Shown here piece by piece: positions 1 through 9,769 of a stretch of 64,000 nucleotides of DNA. Location of the stretch: the NCBI GenBank assembly GCA_018062135.1, contig JAGOSW010000001.1:3210-67209 (forward strand), read 5' to 3'. The notes under the pieces are model-generated. The model did no database searches. It was not told where the DNA came from and worked only from the letters and a program-made list of their open reading frames with translations. The translations under genes were made by a program, and so were the position numbers. Position 1 is the first letter of the stretch; each line of letters starts with the position of its first letter. The stretch comes from Candidatus Woesebacteria bacterium (lineage in GTDB: Bacteria; Patescibacteriota; Microgenomatia; UBA1406; HO2-37-13b).

Positions 1-138
1 TGCATCATACATGTATTCAGAACATGTGGGTTGAAATCGACACACTGATTGTCCCGGAATAAACATTTTTCTAATTGGATTGTCGATGAGTTGGGATTTT
101 TGATAAAAACTGATAAGTTTTAGTAGGGCGTTTTTCAT
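1..138 (-). CDS. yidD: membrane protein insertion efficiency factor YidD, N-terminal part (CDS runs off the window edge)
   Basis: Not in the ORF track because there is no stop in the window. Manual minus-strand translation from ATG at 138 gives MKNALLKLISFYQKSQLIDNPIRKMFIPGQSVCRFQPTCSEYMYDA, which carries the CRFxPTCSxY signature of the YidD family. Confidence 0.75.
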   Translation of the reverse strand, partial: MKNALLKLISFYQKSQLIDNPIRKMFIPGQSVCRFQPTCSEYMYDA

Positions 139-216
139 AACTTGATTATACTTCACACCACTTTGAATTTAAAAGTAACTCATAGTATAATTAAATCTTC
201 GTTTTTCATAAGACTC

Positions 217-1587
217 ATGGCTTTAACAGAATATCAGGGCACACCACCCACAGCCGACAACAAACTAGGTTTACTTAATACCATTAGGTTGGGAGTAGGA
301 CTAATGGGTGATGAGCCTCTAGAAGGTATTGAAAACATAGTTGATGCTCATGGGAGACAACTAGAAATAAATGTTTTAGGTAAGAGCGCGGTTTTAATTG
401 CAAATGGTACAGATGCAAGAACTGTTTTGGTTGATGAAGCTGACTCAACATCTAAAGACACACGAGATATGGATGTTTTCCGTGGAGTATTTGGCAACTT
501 TATACTCACCAGACCAGATTCCCAAGATTGGCGTCCCTTTAGAGCAGTAGCTCAACCAGGGTTCGATCGAGATCATACAGCTATTTATACTGGAATAGTA
601 AGAGAAGAGGCAGAGAGCTATGCGGCACATTTGGCCGAGCAAGCTGAAGGAGGATCAGTGGTTGTGGACGACTTACATGCGGATCTAACCGAAGTAACTG
701 CTCGCATAATATCAAGAGCGCTTTTTAGCCACAATCTTTCGGCAGAAGAAGTTATTCAGTTACGTGAAGCTATGAGGGTTTCGCTTAGTGCGGCGAGCGA
801 AGGAGTTCAAACAGCTGGATTAAGTTGGCGTTTAAGAGCCTTAACCCCAAGTCGCAATAGAGAAATTGAAGCAGCTAAAGCGAGATTGCAGGGATTTGCG
901 CAAGATCTCATAGATAGAAGGGTTTCCGCCGGAGTAAAAGGTGATTATCACGACATGCTAGATATGTTTTTAGCTGCTCATCAATCAGATCCAGAGAACT
1001 TTGACGATGGTTGGTTGCGAGATGAGGTGGCGGGATTTTTTGGTGCAGGTCATGACACTACAGCAAGTGCAGTTTTATTTACTTTAAGTAATGTATCGGG
1101 CTTACATGACGAGGCGTTAGAAGAACAATTACACATAGAGGCAGTTGACCCATCAAATGTTGGAGGACCTCAAATGACAACTGCTGTATTCAAAGAAACC
1201 TTACGTCGAAATCCGCCAATATGGCTTTTCGGGAGACGTGCAATAGAACCAATAGAGTTGCGTAATGGACATATTATCCCACGTAATGCAACTATAGGAA
1301 TTAGCCCTTATCTTATTCATCGTGATCCTGATGTATGGGAGGATCCCACTAGATTCGATCCAATGCGATTTACTAATGGATTTCGCCCTCAATCAGGTTC
1401 GTATATTCCTTTTGGTATGGGTGCGCGCTCGTGTGTTGGTGCTTCACTTGCGGCGGTAGAAGGGCCTATGATATTATCGGATCTATATAAACAATTCCCT
1501 CATATCGAAGTCGCTGCAATAACCACTAGCCCCGCTGCTATTCAAAGACCGAATAATCCTTTACGAGCCCAGTTTTATCTGCGATAA
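217..1587 (+). CDS. cytochrome P450
   Basis: I-helix FGAGHDTTAS, K-helix ETLR, and heme-thiolate loop FGMGARSCVGASLA (FxxGxRxCxG). The track ORF starts at TTG 142. ATG at 217 (MALTEYQG) is the more plausible start. Confidence 0.9.
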   Translation: MALTEYQGTPPTADNKLGLLNTIRLGVGLMGDEPLEGIENIVDAHGRQLEINVLGKSAVLIANGTDARTVLVDEADSTSKDTRDMDVFRGVFGNFILTRPDSQDWRPFRAVAQPGFDRDHTAIYTGIVREEAESYAAHLAEQAEGGSVVVDDLHADLTEVTARIISRALFSHNLSAEEVIQLREAMRVSLSAASEGVQTAGLSWRLRALTPSRNREIEAAKARLQGFAQDLIDRRVSAGVKGDYHDMLDMFLAAHQSDPENFDDGWLRDEVAGFFGAGHDTTASAVLFTLSNVSGLHDEALEEQLHIEAVDPSNVGGPQMTTAVFKETLRRNPPIWLFGRRAIEPIELRNGHIIPRNATIGISPYLIHRDPDVWEDPTRFDPMRFTNGFRPQSGSYIPFGMGARSCVGASLAAVEGPMILSDLYKQFPHIEVAAITTSPAAIQRPNNPLRAQFYLR

Positions 1588-1601
1588 GATACAATATAAG
1601 C

Positions 1602-2351
1602 ATGAAATGCACTATCATAACGCTCTTTCCGAATATGTTTCGGGGATTTCTTGAAGAAAGTATCGTCCAAAGAGCACAGGAAATGGGAAAAATTGAAATT
1701 GAATTTGTTAACCCACGAGATTTTACTTTCGATGCTCATAAAACCGTAGATGATCGTCCATTTGGCGGCGGCGCTGGTATGGTTATGATGGTTGAGCCAA
1801 TTTCACAAGCAATAAAAAGCGCAAAAACTGAAAACAGCTATGTTGTAGGTACCTCTGCTCGTGGAAAAACCTTCACTCAAAAAATGGCACAAGAATTTTC
1901 TGATAAAGAACACTTAATTATCCTTGCTGGTCATTATGAAGGGTATGATGAACGCGTTCGAGAGCTCCTTGATGACGAAGTTTCTTTAGGAGATTTTATT
2001 TTAACGGGAGGAGAACTTGCCGCGGCATGCATTATAGATGCTGTCGCAAGGCTCCAAAAAGGCGTGTTGAAAAAAGATGCGGCTACGGAAGAAGAAAGTT
2101 TTTTCACTGTCGCCATTGACGAAATAATGAAAGCAGTAGGTGATGATTCTCTATTAGAAGCAATGAAAAAAAATGGTGCAACAAATATTCAATTACTTGA
2201 ATATCCTCAATATACCCGTCCGCAAGATCATGGGGGAAGAGTGGTTCCAGACGTACTCGTTTCTGGCGACCCAAAGAAAATTAGAATATGGCAACTGCAA
2301 CAAGCCTACGCAATAACAAAAAAAGCTCGACCAGATCTGCTTACTTCATAA
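1602..2351 (+). CDS. trmD: tRNA (guanine37-N1)-methyltransferase
   Basis: N-terminus ITLFPNMF, motif DDRPFGGGAGMVMMVEP, and a YTRP-containing C-terminal domain, all typical of TrmD. Confidence 0.95.
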   Translation: MKCTIITLFPNMFRGFLEESIVQRAQEMGKIEIEFVNPRDFTFDAHKTVDDRPFGGGAGMVMMVEPISQAIKSAKTENSYVVGTSARGKTFTQKMAQEFSDKEHLIILAGHYEGYDERVRELLDDEVSLGDFILTGGELAAACIIDAVARLQKGVLKKDAATEEESFFTVAIDEIMKAVGDDSLLEAMKKNGATNIQLLEYPQYTRPQDHGGRVVPDVLVSGDPKKIRIWQLQQAYAITKKARPDLLTS

Positions 2352-2387
2352 CAATTATTTAATTGTCATACCGTACTATGCCAGTAT

Positions 2388-3104
2388 ATGACATCTACAC
2401 ATTTTTCCCTTTTAGACATATTTTTTCCGAAGCTGTGTTTTAACTGCAGAGTTATTGGCTCGTATCTCTGTGCAAAGTGTAAAAAGAAACTGCAATATGT
2501 CTCGAGCGATATTTGTCCTTACTGTGAAAAAGAAAGCGGATATGGATTGGCTCACGGAACTTGTCGTCGGCTATATGGATTAGACGGAGTGCTAAATGTA
2601 TTTTATTACGACGAAGTTTTTCAAAAGGTTTTAAAGGCAGTTAAATTCAGACGAATTAGAGGTGGAGTTTCAGCCCTTATTGACAGCATTCCAGAAGAAT
2701 TTTGGAAGAGACTTTTGGCAACTAGTGAAATCTTCTACAAAAATGCAGAAATACTTGCAGTTCCGCTGCATAGAAAAAGACTTATAGAGAGAGGATTTAA
2801 TCAGTCAGAAGATTTCGCACATGCATGCGCCATTATGTTGCAAAAAGACGTAACAAACATTGTTGCAAGAAATCGATATACCCAACCACAATCACAACTT
2901 TCATCTGCAACAGAACGATATCTAAATATTCAAAAAGCTTTTTCTCTTAATCCTCGAAAACTGTTGCCGGAGAAAGTCATCATTATTGATGATGTGTGGA
3001 CAACGGGTGCCACAATTCGCGAAATAGCATATACGTTAAAATATGCAGGTGTTGAGAGGGTCTATGCAATAACCTTATCTCGAAGAGCCCACGCACAATA
3101 TTAA
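2388..3104 (+). CDS. comF: ComF family phosphoribosyltransferase-like protein
   Basis: N-terminal Cys-pair zinc finger (CFNC..CAKC..CPYC) and C-terminal PRTase motif VIIIDDVWTTGAT. Confidence 0.85.
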   Translation: MTSTHFSLLDIFFPKLCFNCRVIGSYLCAKCKKKLQYVSSDICPYCEKESGYGLAHGTCRRLYGLDGVLNVFYYDEVFQKVLKAVKFRRIRGGVSALIDSIPEEFWKRLLATSEIFYKNAEILAVPLHRKRLIERGFNQSEDFAHACAIMLQKDVTNIVARNRYTQPQSQLSSATERYLNIQKAFSLNPRKLLPEKVIIIDDVWTTGATIREIAYTLKYAGVERVYAITLSRRAHAQY

Positions 3105-3129
3105 TATTAGTGCTATAATCAATTCTGGT

Positions 3130-4107
3130 ATGACTCAACGCATAGAGATATCCTGGAAAACGATCGTATTCACTGTTGTCTTTCTCATCGGATTGCAAGC
3201 ATTATGGATTGTAAAAGAGCTCATCTTCACTCTCTTTTTAGCATTCATATTCATGAGCGCGCTCAAACCAGTAGTAAACAAACTTACAAAACGTGGTATT
3301 CCCCGTACTGCTGCATCCTTTTTAGTATTGGCTTCTACGGTAGCGTGGCTTATTTTTGTATTAGCCTTTATTCTTCCTCCAATAGTAACGGAGAGTATTT
3401 CGTTTTTGACAAATCTTCCAACTCTATTAATCGAGGCATTCCCGTTTTTTGAAAAAATATTTACAGCAGAATCTGCGATAAGATTCTTCCCGAACATTCC
3501 TCAAAATATATTTAAAATCGCGAGTGGACTATTCTCTAATGTCTTTTTCATAGTATCGCTTATTTTCTTTACTTTCTATTTCTTGCTCGAAGAAATATTC
3601 CTACAGAAGTTTTTGCAAAAAATAATGTCACATCAGGAAGCAAAGAAAGTTACTGAATTTACACAGAAACTTGAGTTGCGTATGGGTGCATGGATGAGAG
3701 GCCAACTCATTTTAATGTTGGTTATAGGATTAACAACGTATATCGGGCTATCAATTTTAGGAATACGTTATGCGCTTTCATTAGCTGTGGTGGCTGGGTT
3801 GCTCGAAGTTATTCCTATTATTGGTCCCGTTGTATCAAGTATTCCGGCGTTTTTAGTAGCTTCAGCGACCTCTACGTTCTCTGGAGGAACAACAATTATC
3901 CTGTATCTTCTTATTCAGCAACTTGAGAACAATATTCTTGTTCCCTATGTAATGAGTAAAACAGCAGGAATTAATCCTATAATGACGCTCATTGCGCTTT
4001 CAGTCGGAGGAAGCCTTGCTGGATTATTGGGGGCGATTCTTGCAGTACCAGTAGCAGTTGTCGTCGAAACAGTTGTATCGGAATATTTCGATAGGCGTAG
4101 TTCATAA
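3130..4107 (+). CDS. AI-2E (PerM/YhhT) family transporter
   Basis: Polytopic membrane protein with the characteristic LLEVIPIIGPVVSSIPA segment. TATAAT lies at 3114-3119, 10 nt before the ATG. Confidence 0.8.
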   Translation: MTQRIEISWKTIVFTVVFLIGLQALWIVKELIFTLFLAFIFMSALKPVVNKLTKRGIPRTAASFLVLASTVAWLIFVLAFILPPIVTESISFLTNLPTLLIEAFPFFEKIFTAESAIRFFPNIPQNIFKIASGLFSNVFFIVSLIFFTFYFLLEEIFLQKFLQKIMSHQEAKKVTEFTQKLELRMGAWMRGQLILMLVIGLTTYIGLSILGIRYALSLAVVAGLLEVIPIIGPVVSSIPAFLVASATSTFSGGTTIILYLLIQQLENNILVPYVMSKTAGINPIMTLIALSVGGSLAGLLGAILAVPVAVVVETVVSEYFDRRSS

Positions 4108-4141
4108 TTTCTTTTTAATTTCTCCACTGTACCATGCTTCT

Positions 4142-5689
4142 ATGGTATCTAAGATTCATACTGCAACTATTGTCGGAATTCAAGTTATTGCCGTTACTGT
4201 TGAAACGGATATTGCCGAGCGTGGCTTCCCCCAATTAAAGATCGTAGGATTGCCTGGGAAGTCTGTTGAGGAGGCAAGAGAGCGAGTGCGCACTGCGCTC
4301 ATTAATGCCGGTTATGAAATTCCTGCGAGGAGAGTAGTCGTTAATCTCGCACCAGCGGATGTGCCAAAGCAGAGTTCTCGATTTGATCTGCCGATAGCTG
4401 TTGGAATTTTAGCAGCTCAAGGACTCATCGATGGTAAAGTGGTAGAGAAGTCGCTTTTTGTTGGCGAGATTTCTTTAAACGGCGAAATTATGCCCGTAAG
4501 CGGCATAATGCCCATTCTCGATTTCGCGCGTCAACGAGGGTTTTCTGATGTATATATTCCGATACAAAATAGCAGTGAAGCATTATTTGCGGGGACCGAA
4601 ATGAATGTGTATGGCGTTCATTATTTAGCAGAAGTAATACTACATTTGCAAAAGAGTCGTCCCATGATCCAGATTGCAATTGAGGAACTTATGTTGAGCG
4701 AGTCCCTAAATGAAAATATCGTAAAAGAAAATGACTTCGTTCATATTAAAGGTCAATATCACGCAAAAAGAGCACTCGAAATCGCTGCCGCCGGCGGCCA
4801 CAACATTATCTTAAGAGGTCCGCCGGGCACTGGAAAAACTATGCTTGCCAAAGCATTTGTATCGATATTGCCACCATTGACCGAAAGCGAAAAAGTTGAT
4901 ATCGCCAAGATCCAATCAATAATGTTCGGTGGTAAAGGCGATAATCTTTCTATATCGCGCGCGTTCCGCGCGCCCCATCATACAATTTCCCGCGCCGGTA
5001 TGATTGGCGGCGGCGCGGATCTTGTCCCTGGCGAAGTAACCCTAGCCCATCGAGGCGTCTTATTCCTTGACGAATTTCCAGAATTCCCTCGCTCGATTAT
5101 AGAAGCACTTCGCCAACCATTAGAAGATGGCACAGTAACAATAACTAGAGTCCATGGCTCCGCGACGTACCCGTCGCGGTTCCAGCTTATTGCCGCAGCA
5201 AATCCCTGTCCTTGCGGCTACTCAGGAAATAAAGAAAAACGCTGTACGTGCATAGGTCGGCAAGTTGCCAACTACAATAGGCGTTTATCTGGTCCTATCC
5301 TCGATCGTATTGATCTTCATATTTCTGTACCAAATATCCCCGAAGAAGATCTATTACGCTCAGATATTGATACAGAACCTACTGAGAAAATTAGAGCACG
5401 TGTTATTGTTGCTAGAAAACTCCAACTTGAACGTTTCTCTTCTCTTCCCGGCATTCGTTATGTAACAAACGCCGAAATGACCACTCAAAACGTGAAAAAA
5501 TTTGTGCAACTTGAACCCAACGCTCGTTCATTCCTCACTAATGCTTTTCAAAAACTTCATTTCTCACCTCGGTCGTATTTTAAAATCCTGAAAGTCGCCC
5601 AAACCATCGCCGACCTTGAAAATAAACACTCAATATCTCAACAAATAATTGCAGAAGCAGTGCAGTATCGGTCCTTTCTCTATAAGTAA
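4142..5689 (+). CDS. comM: YifB/ComM family Mg-chelatase-like ATPase
   Basis: N-terminal Lon-protease-like domain, Walker A GPPGTGKTM, Walker B LFLDEFPEF, and a Cys cluster CPCGYSG..CTC. Start moved from the track's 4058 to ATG 4142 (MVSKIH), which removes the overlap with the preceding gene. Confidence 0.9.
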   Translation: MVSKIHTATIVGIQVIAVTVETDIAERGFPQLKIVGLPGKSVEEARERVRTALINAGYEIPARRVVVNLAPADVPKQSSRFDLPIAVGILAAQGLIDGKVVEKSLFVGEISLNGEIMPVSGIMPILDFARQRGFSDVYIPIQNSSEALFAGTEMNVYGVHYLAEVILHLQKSRPMIQIAIEELMLSESLNENIVKENDFVHIKGQYHAKRALEIAAAGGHNIILRGPPGTGKTMLAKAFVSILPPLTESEKVDIAKIQSIMFGGKGDNLSISRAFRAPHHTISRAGMIGGGADLVPGEVTLAHRGVLFLDEFPEFPRSIIEALRQPLEDGTVTITRVHGSATYPSRFQLIAAANPCPCGYSGNKEKRCTCIGRQVANYNRRLSGPILDRIDLHISVPNIPEEDLLRSDIDTEPTEKIRARVIVARKLQLERFSSLPGIRYVTNAEMTTQNVKKFVQLEPNARSFLTNAFQKLHFSPRSYFKILKVAQTIADLENKHSISQQIIAEAVQYRSFLYK

Positions 5690-5757
5690 TCTTGTTTTTT
5701 TTAAGTAGCTATGATATAGTATCAGCTGTATCATATGAAAAAGGAGGAACTAAACAG

Positions 5758-6897
5758 ATGCCAGCGAAAAAATTAAAGACCACTGCGCTTAAAATCGAGC
5801 CTGCTAAAGCTAAAACTGAAAAACCTGCAAAGGTTACCCCAACAAAAAAGGCAACTTCAATGGCCGACTTATTGGGCATGAAGCCACTAACTCCCCCAAA
5901 GAAAGGGGCAATAGTACAGGCAAAAATTGTTGATCTTACAAAAAAAGGTATTTTATTTGATATAGGATGGAAATCCTATGCTGTTTTGGGCAGTATTGAA
6001 GCCCACGATCTTGGCTCTTATCTTCCTTACCTTACCTCAGGCGACACAGTTCCTGTAAAAATTGTAGTTGAAGAAGCAAAAGATGGCTTCCCAGTAGTTT
6101 CTATGCGCACATTCTTCGAAGATGGTAAGTGGAATATTTTGATTGAAAAGCATAAAAATGAAGAAGAAATTGAAGTTATCTGCGGCGAATATGGAAAAGG
6201 CGGCGTATTTATCGAATTCATGGGAATCCGCGGTGTTATTCCAAAGATTCAACTTACAGAAGAATTTTTGCGTGATCCGGAACAACTTATTGGAAAGAAA
6301 ATAAAAGTAAAAGTTCTCGAAGTTGACCGTGAAAAAAATCGCCTTGTTGTATCCCAAAAAGCTTCTGTCCTCAATATTTCATATAAAGACATTAAGAAAA
6401 AGTTTGATGAAGTCGAAGTTGGGAAAGTTTACAAAGCAAAAGTTATCGGATTTTCTGATTTTGGTGTCTTCTGCGAAGTCAACAAGATCGAGGGTCTTAT
6501 TCATATTTCAGAAATATCCTGGCAAAAAGTCAGTAATCCACGCAAGTATCTTAATGTTGGAGACGATATTGATGTCATGGTCGTCGAAAAGAACGATGAT
6601 AATCTTAAATTAAATCTTTCTATCAAAAGACTTGAAAAGGATCCTTGGGAAAGTATTGAAGAGCGCTATCCAAAAGATAAAGAAGTTAAGGGTGAAATTG
6701 TACGAAAAGAAAAATATGGTTACATTGTTAGACTTGAGCCAGGAATCGAAGGACTTATTCATATATCTAAGGTAACTGGACATGAAAGTATAGAAATTGG
6801 AAAGCCAATTGTTGTGTATATTGAGAAAATCGATGTGCGCCAGCGCCGCATTAGCCTCGTCTTCGCTCTTGTGGACAAGCCAGTTGTATACAGATAA
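5758..6897 (+). CDS. rpsA: S1 RNA-binding domain repeat protein (ribosomal protein S1-like)
   Basis: Repeated S1 motifs (G.V..V..fG.F.e...ieGLIHISE). AAGGAGG at 5741-5747 precedes ATG 5758. The N-terminal extension is Lys/Ala-rich. Confidence 0.8.
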   Translation: MPAKKLKTTALKIEPAKAKTEKPAKVTPTKKATSMADLLGMKPLTPPKKGAIVQAKIVDLTKKGILFDIGWKSYAVLGSIEAHDLGSYLPYLTSGDTVPVKIVVEEAKDGFPVVSMRTFFEDGKWNILIEKHKNEEEIEVICGEYGKGGVFIEFMGIRGVIPKIQLTEEFLRDPEQLIGKKIKVKVLEVDREKNRLVVSQKASVLNISYKDIKKKFDEVEVGKVYKAKVIGFSDFGVFCEVNKIEGLIHISEISWQKVSNPRKYLNVGDDIDVMVVEKNDDNLKLNLSIKRLEKDPWESIEERYPKDKEVKGEIVRKEKYGYIVRLEPGIEGLIHISKVTGHESIEIGKPIVVYIEKIDVRQRRISLVFALVDKPVVYR

Positions 6898-6904
6898 TCT
6901 TTTC

Positions 6905-6933
6905 TTGACTTTAGACCTTCTTGTTTATATAAT
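6905..6933 (+). promoter_or_regulatory. near-consensus sigma70-type promoter for the 5S rRNA
   Basis: TTGACT (6905-6910), a 17-nt spacer, then TATAAT (6928-6933), ending 7 nt before the first base of the 5S rRNA. Confidence 0.6.
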
Positions 6934-6940
6934 GGACTCT

Positions 6941-7052
6941 TGCCTTGGTGATTTGAGCGTCTTGGAACCACCCCTTCCCATTCCGAACAGGGCCGTGAAA
7001 CGAGATAGCGCCGACAATACTTACAACGGGACGATAGGTCATGGCCGAGGCA
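6941..7052 (+). rRNA. rrf: 5S ribosomal RNA (stand-alone, not linked to 16S/23S in this window)
   Basis: Contains CCACCCCTTCCCATTCCGAACAGGGCCGTGAAAC...AGCGCCGA, which matches the conserved 5S core. Helix I closes between TGCCTTGG at the 5' end and CCGAGGCA at the 3' end. A T7 run follows at 7053-7059. Confidence 0.9.
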
Positions 7053-7101
7053 TTTTTTTATTGCCATAAATCATTTTTCTGAGGCCAAAAGAACGTTCGT
7101 G

Positions 7102-7107
7102 TATAAT
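7102..7107 (+). promoter_or_regulatory. -10 box (TATAAT) 8 nt upstream of the ATG at 7116, giving a leaderless-type architecture
   Basis: The sequence reads gTATAATatacatacATG, with no Shine-Dalgarno between the box and the start. Confidence 0.45.
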
Positions 7108-7115
7108 ATACATAC

Positions 7116-7688
7116 ATGCCTCACACACTAATTAAACGTCATCATAATCACATACTGGCGAAAGAGCGCCACACACGCTATCTGAATTCCTTCAGTGTGT
7201 ACCCAAAGACGCGATTCGAGTCACAAAACGACGACGAACATATTATTCTTCTTTTAAGAGCCCACCCAATAACCTTTATTCCTTGGATTGCTACTGCTGT
7301 TGGTGCGTTTTTCCTACCCATACTTTTAAATTTTATTCTTCCCGAGTTTCTTACAGTCGCGCAGGTCCTTTTTCTTAATGTTTTTTGGTATAGCGGATTG
7401 ATTACATACGTATTTCTTAATTTGTTGCTGTGGCTTTTTAATGTAGGTATTGTGACAGATCAACGAGTACTAGATGTCGACTACTTTAATATAATTCAAA
7501 AATCAGTTAACGCGACCACTCTTGAGGAAGTATCTGATGTTGGTGCGAAGACAAATGGCTTTATCCGCTCACTGTTTAACTATGGCGATGTCTTAGTGCA
7601 AACAGCTGGCCCTGCCTCTGATATCGATTTTCGTGCAGTTCCACAGCCTGCAGAAGTAGTAAGTATTATTAACGAGATGATGCACTAA
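7116..7688 (+). CDS. membrane protein, bacterial PH (YdbS/YdbT-like) domain
   Basis: Two TM helices followed by a small soluble domain. The layout resembles the bPH_2 family. Homology was not verified. Confidence 0.55.
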   Translation: MPHTLIKRHHNHILAKERHTRYLNSFSVYPKTRFESQNDDEHIILLLRAHPITFIPWIATAVGAFFLPILLNFILPEFLTVAQVLFLNVFWYSGLITYVFLNLLLWLFNVGIVTDQRVLDVDYFNIIQKSVNATTLEEVSDVGAKTNGFIRSLFNYGDVLVQTAGPASDIDFRAVPQPAEVVSIINEMMH

Positions 7689-7689
7689 A

Positions 7690-7914
7690 ATGATAGATTT
7701 ATTTTTAAATGGCGATATTTTTGGGCTTTTTATAAAGCTTTTTGGTGTTGTCTTGGGAATTCTTTATATGTTCTTTTGTATTATTCTCATTCGCCAGCTT
7801 GGTACTATGCGAAAAACGTTGTCGATTAATGATGGGGGTATTTTAGATCTGATAGCTTATATTCAGGCTCTGCTTGCAGCATTCCTTGTGTTTTATGCCC
7901 TGTTTATACTATAA
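7690..7914 (+). CDS. small membrane protein (2 TM)
   Basis: A 74-aa hydrophobic ORF tightly coupled to the preceding gene (1-nt gap between the stop codon ending at 7688 and ATG 7690). Confidence 0.5.
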   Translation: MIDLFLNGDIFGLFIKLFGVVLGILYMFFCIILIRQLGTMRKTLSINDGGILDLIAYIQALLAAFLVFYALFIL

Positions 7915-7925
7915 ATAGAGTATAC

Positions 7926-9746
7926 ATGTGGGAATATAGTATCTATTTGGGTAATGAATCCGACTCAATTCATGTCGATTTTGTCTCGACAGATAATCTT
8001 TTTGTTGTTGCTTCGATCGAAAATTCTATAGAAAAAGAGGCATTTAAGGGGTTATTTGAGAAGGTGCGCGACGCAGTTGCTGCGGAGCGCGTGCATAATC
8101 TCGCTGCTTTTGAAAAAGTTATTGATCGCGAGTTTAAAATAGTTGAAAAAAATCCTGGTTTTGCTCTTGCAGCTTCGCTTTCTGTTGAAAACGTACTGTA
8201 CTTAGTTACACGCGGAAATGGCACGGTTTATATTGATCGAGGTCCAATTTTTCAGAATTTAGTTTCTGGTGATAATACGGCCTCTGGTTTTTTGCAGGAA
8301 AATGATGTTATTGCTCTGACGACGGGAAGTTTCATGAACCGCATAACACCCCCTACTCTACAGAGATTCATTCAAGGCAAAACACCTCAAGAAATTGTGG
8401 AAGCAGTAACACCTGATCTAAAAGGAAATGATGACACGGGGCTTATTGCGCTTTTTAGTCGTCATCATGTCAGGGAGGCCGCAGAGGAAACGATGGAGGA
8501 GAGGGAGGCAGAAGAAGAACTAGAATATCAAGTTATTCCACCACCAAGTGAAGCCCCGATGTATGCAACTCCAACGCAACATGTCGTTGCAGAAAAACCA
8601 CAGCCGAACTTTTCTTTAAAGAGCCTTTTAGCAGGTATCCGCCCGGGCAGCTCAATGGGAAAGAAGGTGACATTTGCGCTTCTTATTATTTTGGTGGGAA
8701 TTTTTGTATGGAGTGTTGTGTTGGGCGCTCAGAGAAGGCAAAAAAACACCTTTATTAAAAAAGTTGAAGCGCAATCATTATTAATTGACTCCCAACTAGA
8801 AGAGGCTTCGTCATTAACGACGACAGATGTAGACAGGTCTTTGGAGCTTTTAGCATCAGCAAAGCAGTCGTATGAGGCTCTAAATAAAGAGGCAGTCGAA
8901 AAGAAATTAAGCGATTTGGACCAGCTTGCATCGATAAAGGTCAAAATCGCGGAATCAGAAAAATCTATTAAGAAAGAAGAAGAAACAGCATCAGAAGAAT
9001 TTTATGATCTAAACCTTATAGAAAAGGGAGCGGAGGCAAAGAAAATGTATTATGACGGGACGACGCTCGCGTTGTTGGATAGTGAAAATGCAAAAGTGTA
9101 TCTGCTAGATCTTGCAAAGAAGTCAGTCGTGACGCGCAAAGACGGAAAAATGGCAGATGGCGTATTCGTCGCTTTACATCAAGACGAGCCATATATTTTT
9201 AGTAGCACTGATGGTGTTTTTAGAACAACAAAAGAAAAAACAGATGTTTTGATTGAGAAAGACGAAGAATGGGGAAGTATTAAAGATATGTGGATGTATA
9301 ACGGCAATATTTATATAGTCGATGCAGGAAAAGATGAGATATATAAATATCTGGTCGCTGAAGGTGGATATTCTGCAAAAAATTCGTACGTAAAGTCAGG
9401 TCAAGCTGATTTGGCTAAGGCAGGAGCTATGGCAATCGATAGATCCGTATATGTAATTAATGGTTCTCGAATATTAAAGTATGAATCGGGAAGCAGCGTA
9501 GATTTTACGGTGAAAATTCCTGGCGGTGATGACATTGTGTTTGACGACATCTATACGAGTGAAGATATAGACAATGTATATTTGTTAGATAAGGAATCAA
9601 AAAAGATTTTCGTTGTTTCGAAAGAAGGAGAGTTTCTAAAACAAGTAACCGCATCTACAATTGCTTCCACAACTGATTTTGTGGTTGATCAAACTGAAGG
9701 GATTTTGCTTCTCGTAAAAGATAAGATTGTGAAGATTGTTGAATAG
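7926..9746 (+). CDS. hypothetical membrane-spanning protein (N-terminal cytoplasmic domain, acidic linker, one TM, coiled coil, C-terminal repeat/propeller-like domain)
   Basis: Long uninterrupted ORF of 606 aa. TM segment VTFALLIILVGIFVWSVVLGA. C-terminal repeats of the Y(L/I/V)(L/V)D type. No family recognised. Confidence 0.7.
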   Translation: MWEYSIYLGNESDSIHVDFVSTDNLFVVASIENSIEKEAFKGLFEKVRDAVAAERVHNLAAFEKVIDREFKIVEKNPGFALAASLSVENVLYLVTRGNGTVYIDRGPIFQNLVSGDNTASGFLQENDVIALTTGSFMNRITPPTLQRFIQGKTPQEIVEAVTPDLKGNDDTGLIALFSRHHVREAAEETMEEREAEEELEYQVIPPPSEAPMYATPTQHVVAEKPQPNFSLKSLLAGIRPGSSMGKKVTFALLIILVGIFVWSVVLGAQRRQKNTFIKKVEAQSLLIDSQLEEASSLTTTDVDRSLELLASAKQSYEALNKEAVEKKLSDLDQLASIKVKIAESEKSIKKEEETASEEFYDLNLIEKGAEAKKMYYDGTTLALLDSENAKVYLLDLAKKSVVTRKDGKMADGVFVALHQDEPYIFSSTDGVFRTTKEKTDVLIEKDEEWGSIKDMWMYNGNIYIVDAGKDEIYKYLVAEGGYSAKNSYVKSGQADLAKAGAMAIDRSVYVINGSRILKYESGSSVDFTVKIPGGDDIVFDDIYTSEDIDNVYLLDKESKKIFVVSKEGEFLKQVTASTIASTTDFVVDQTEGILLLVKDKIVKIVE

Positions 9747-9769
9747 TACTAACAAATACGGCCTGCATT

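Noticed and set aside
4058-4141. N-terminal extensions of track ORFs (4058, 5692, 142, 17535, 22380, 34064, 37978, 50860, 57754, 60756, 62083 and 62592).
   Set aside because: These begin at upstream in-frame TTG, GTG or ATG codons that overlap neighbouring genes or lack any start context. Internal ATGs with an SD or an adjacent -10 box were preferred. The exact starts remain unverified.
6759-7069. ORFs 6759-7067 (-) and 6797-7069 (+).
   Set aside because: They overlap the 3' end of the S1-like gene and the whole 5S rRNA gene, so they are non-coding.
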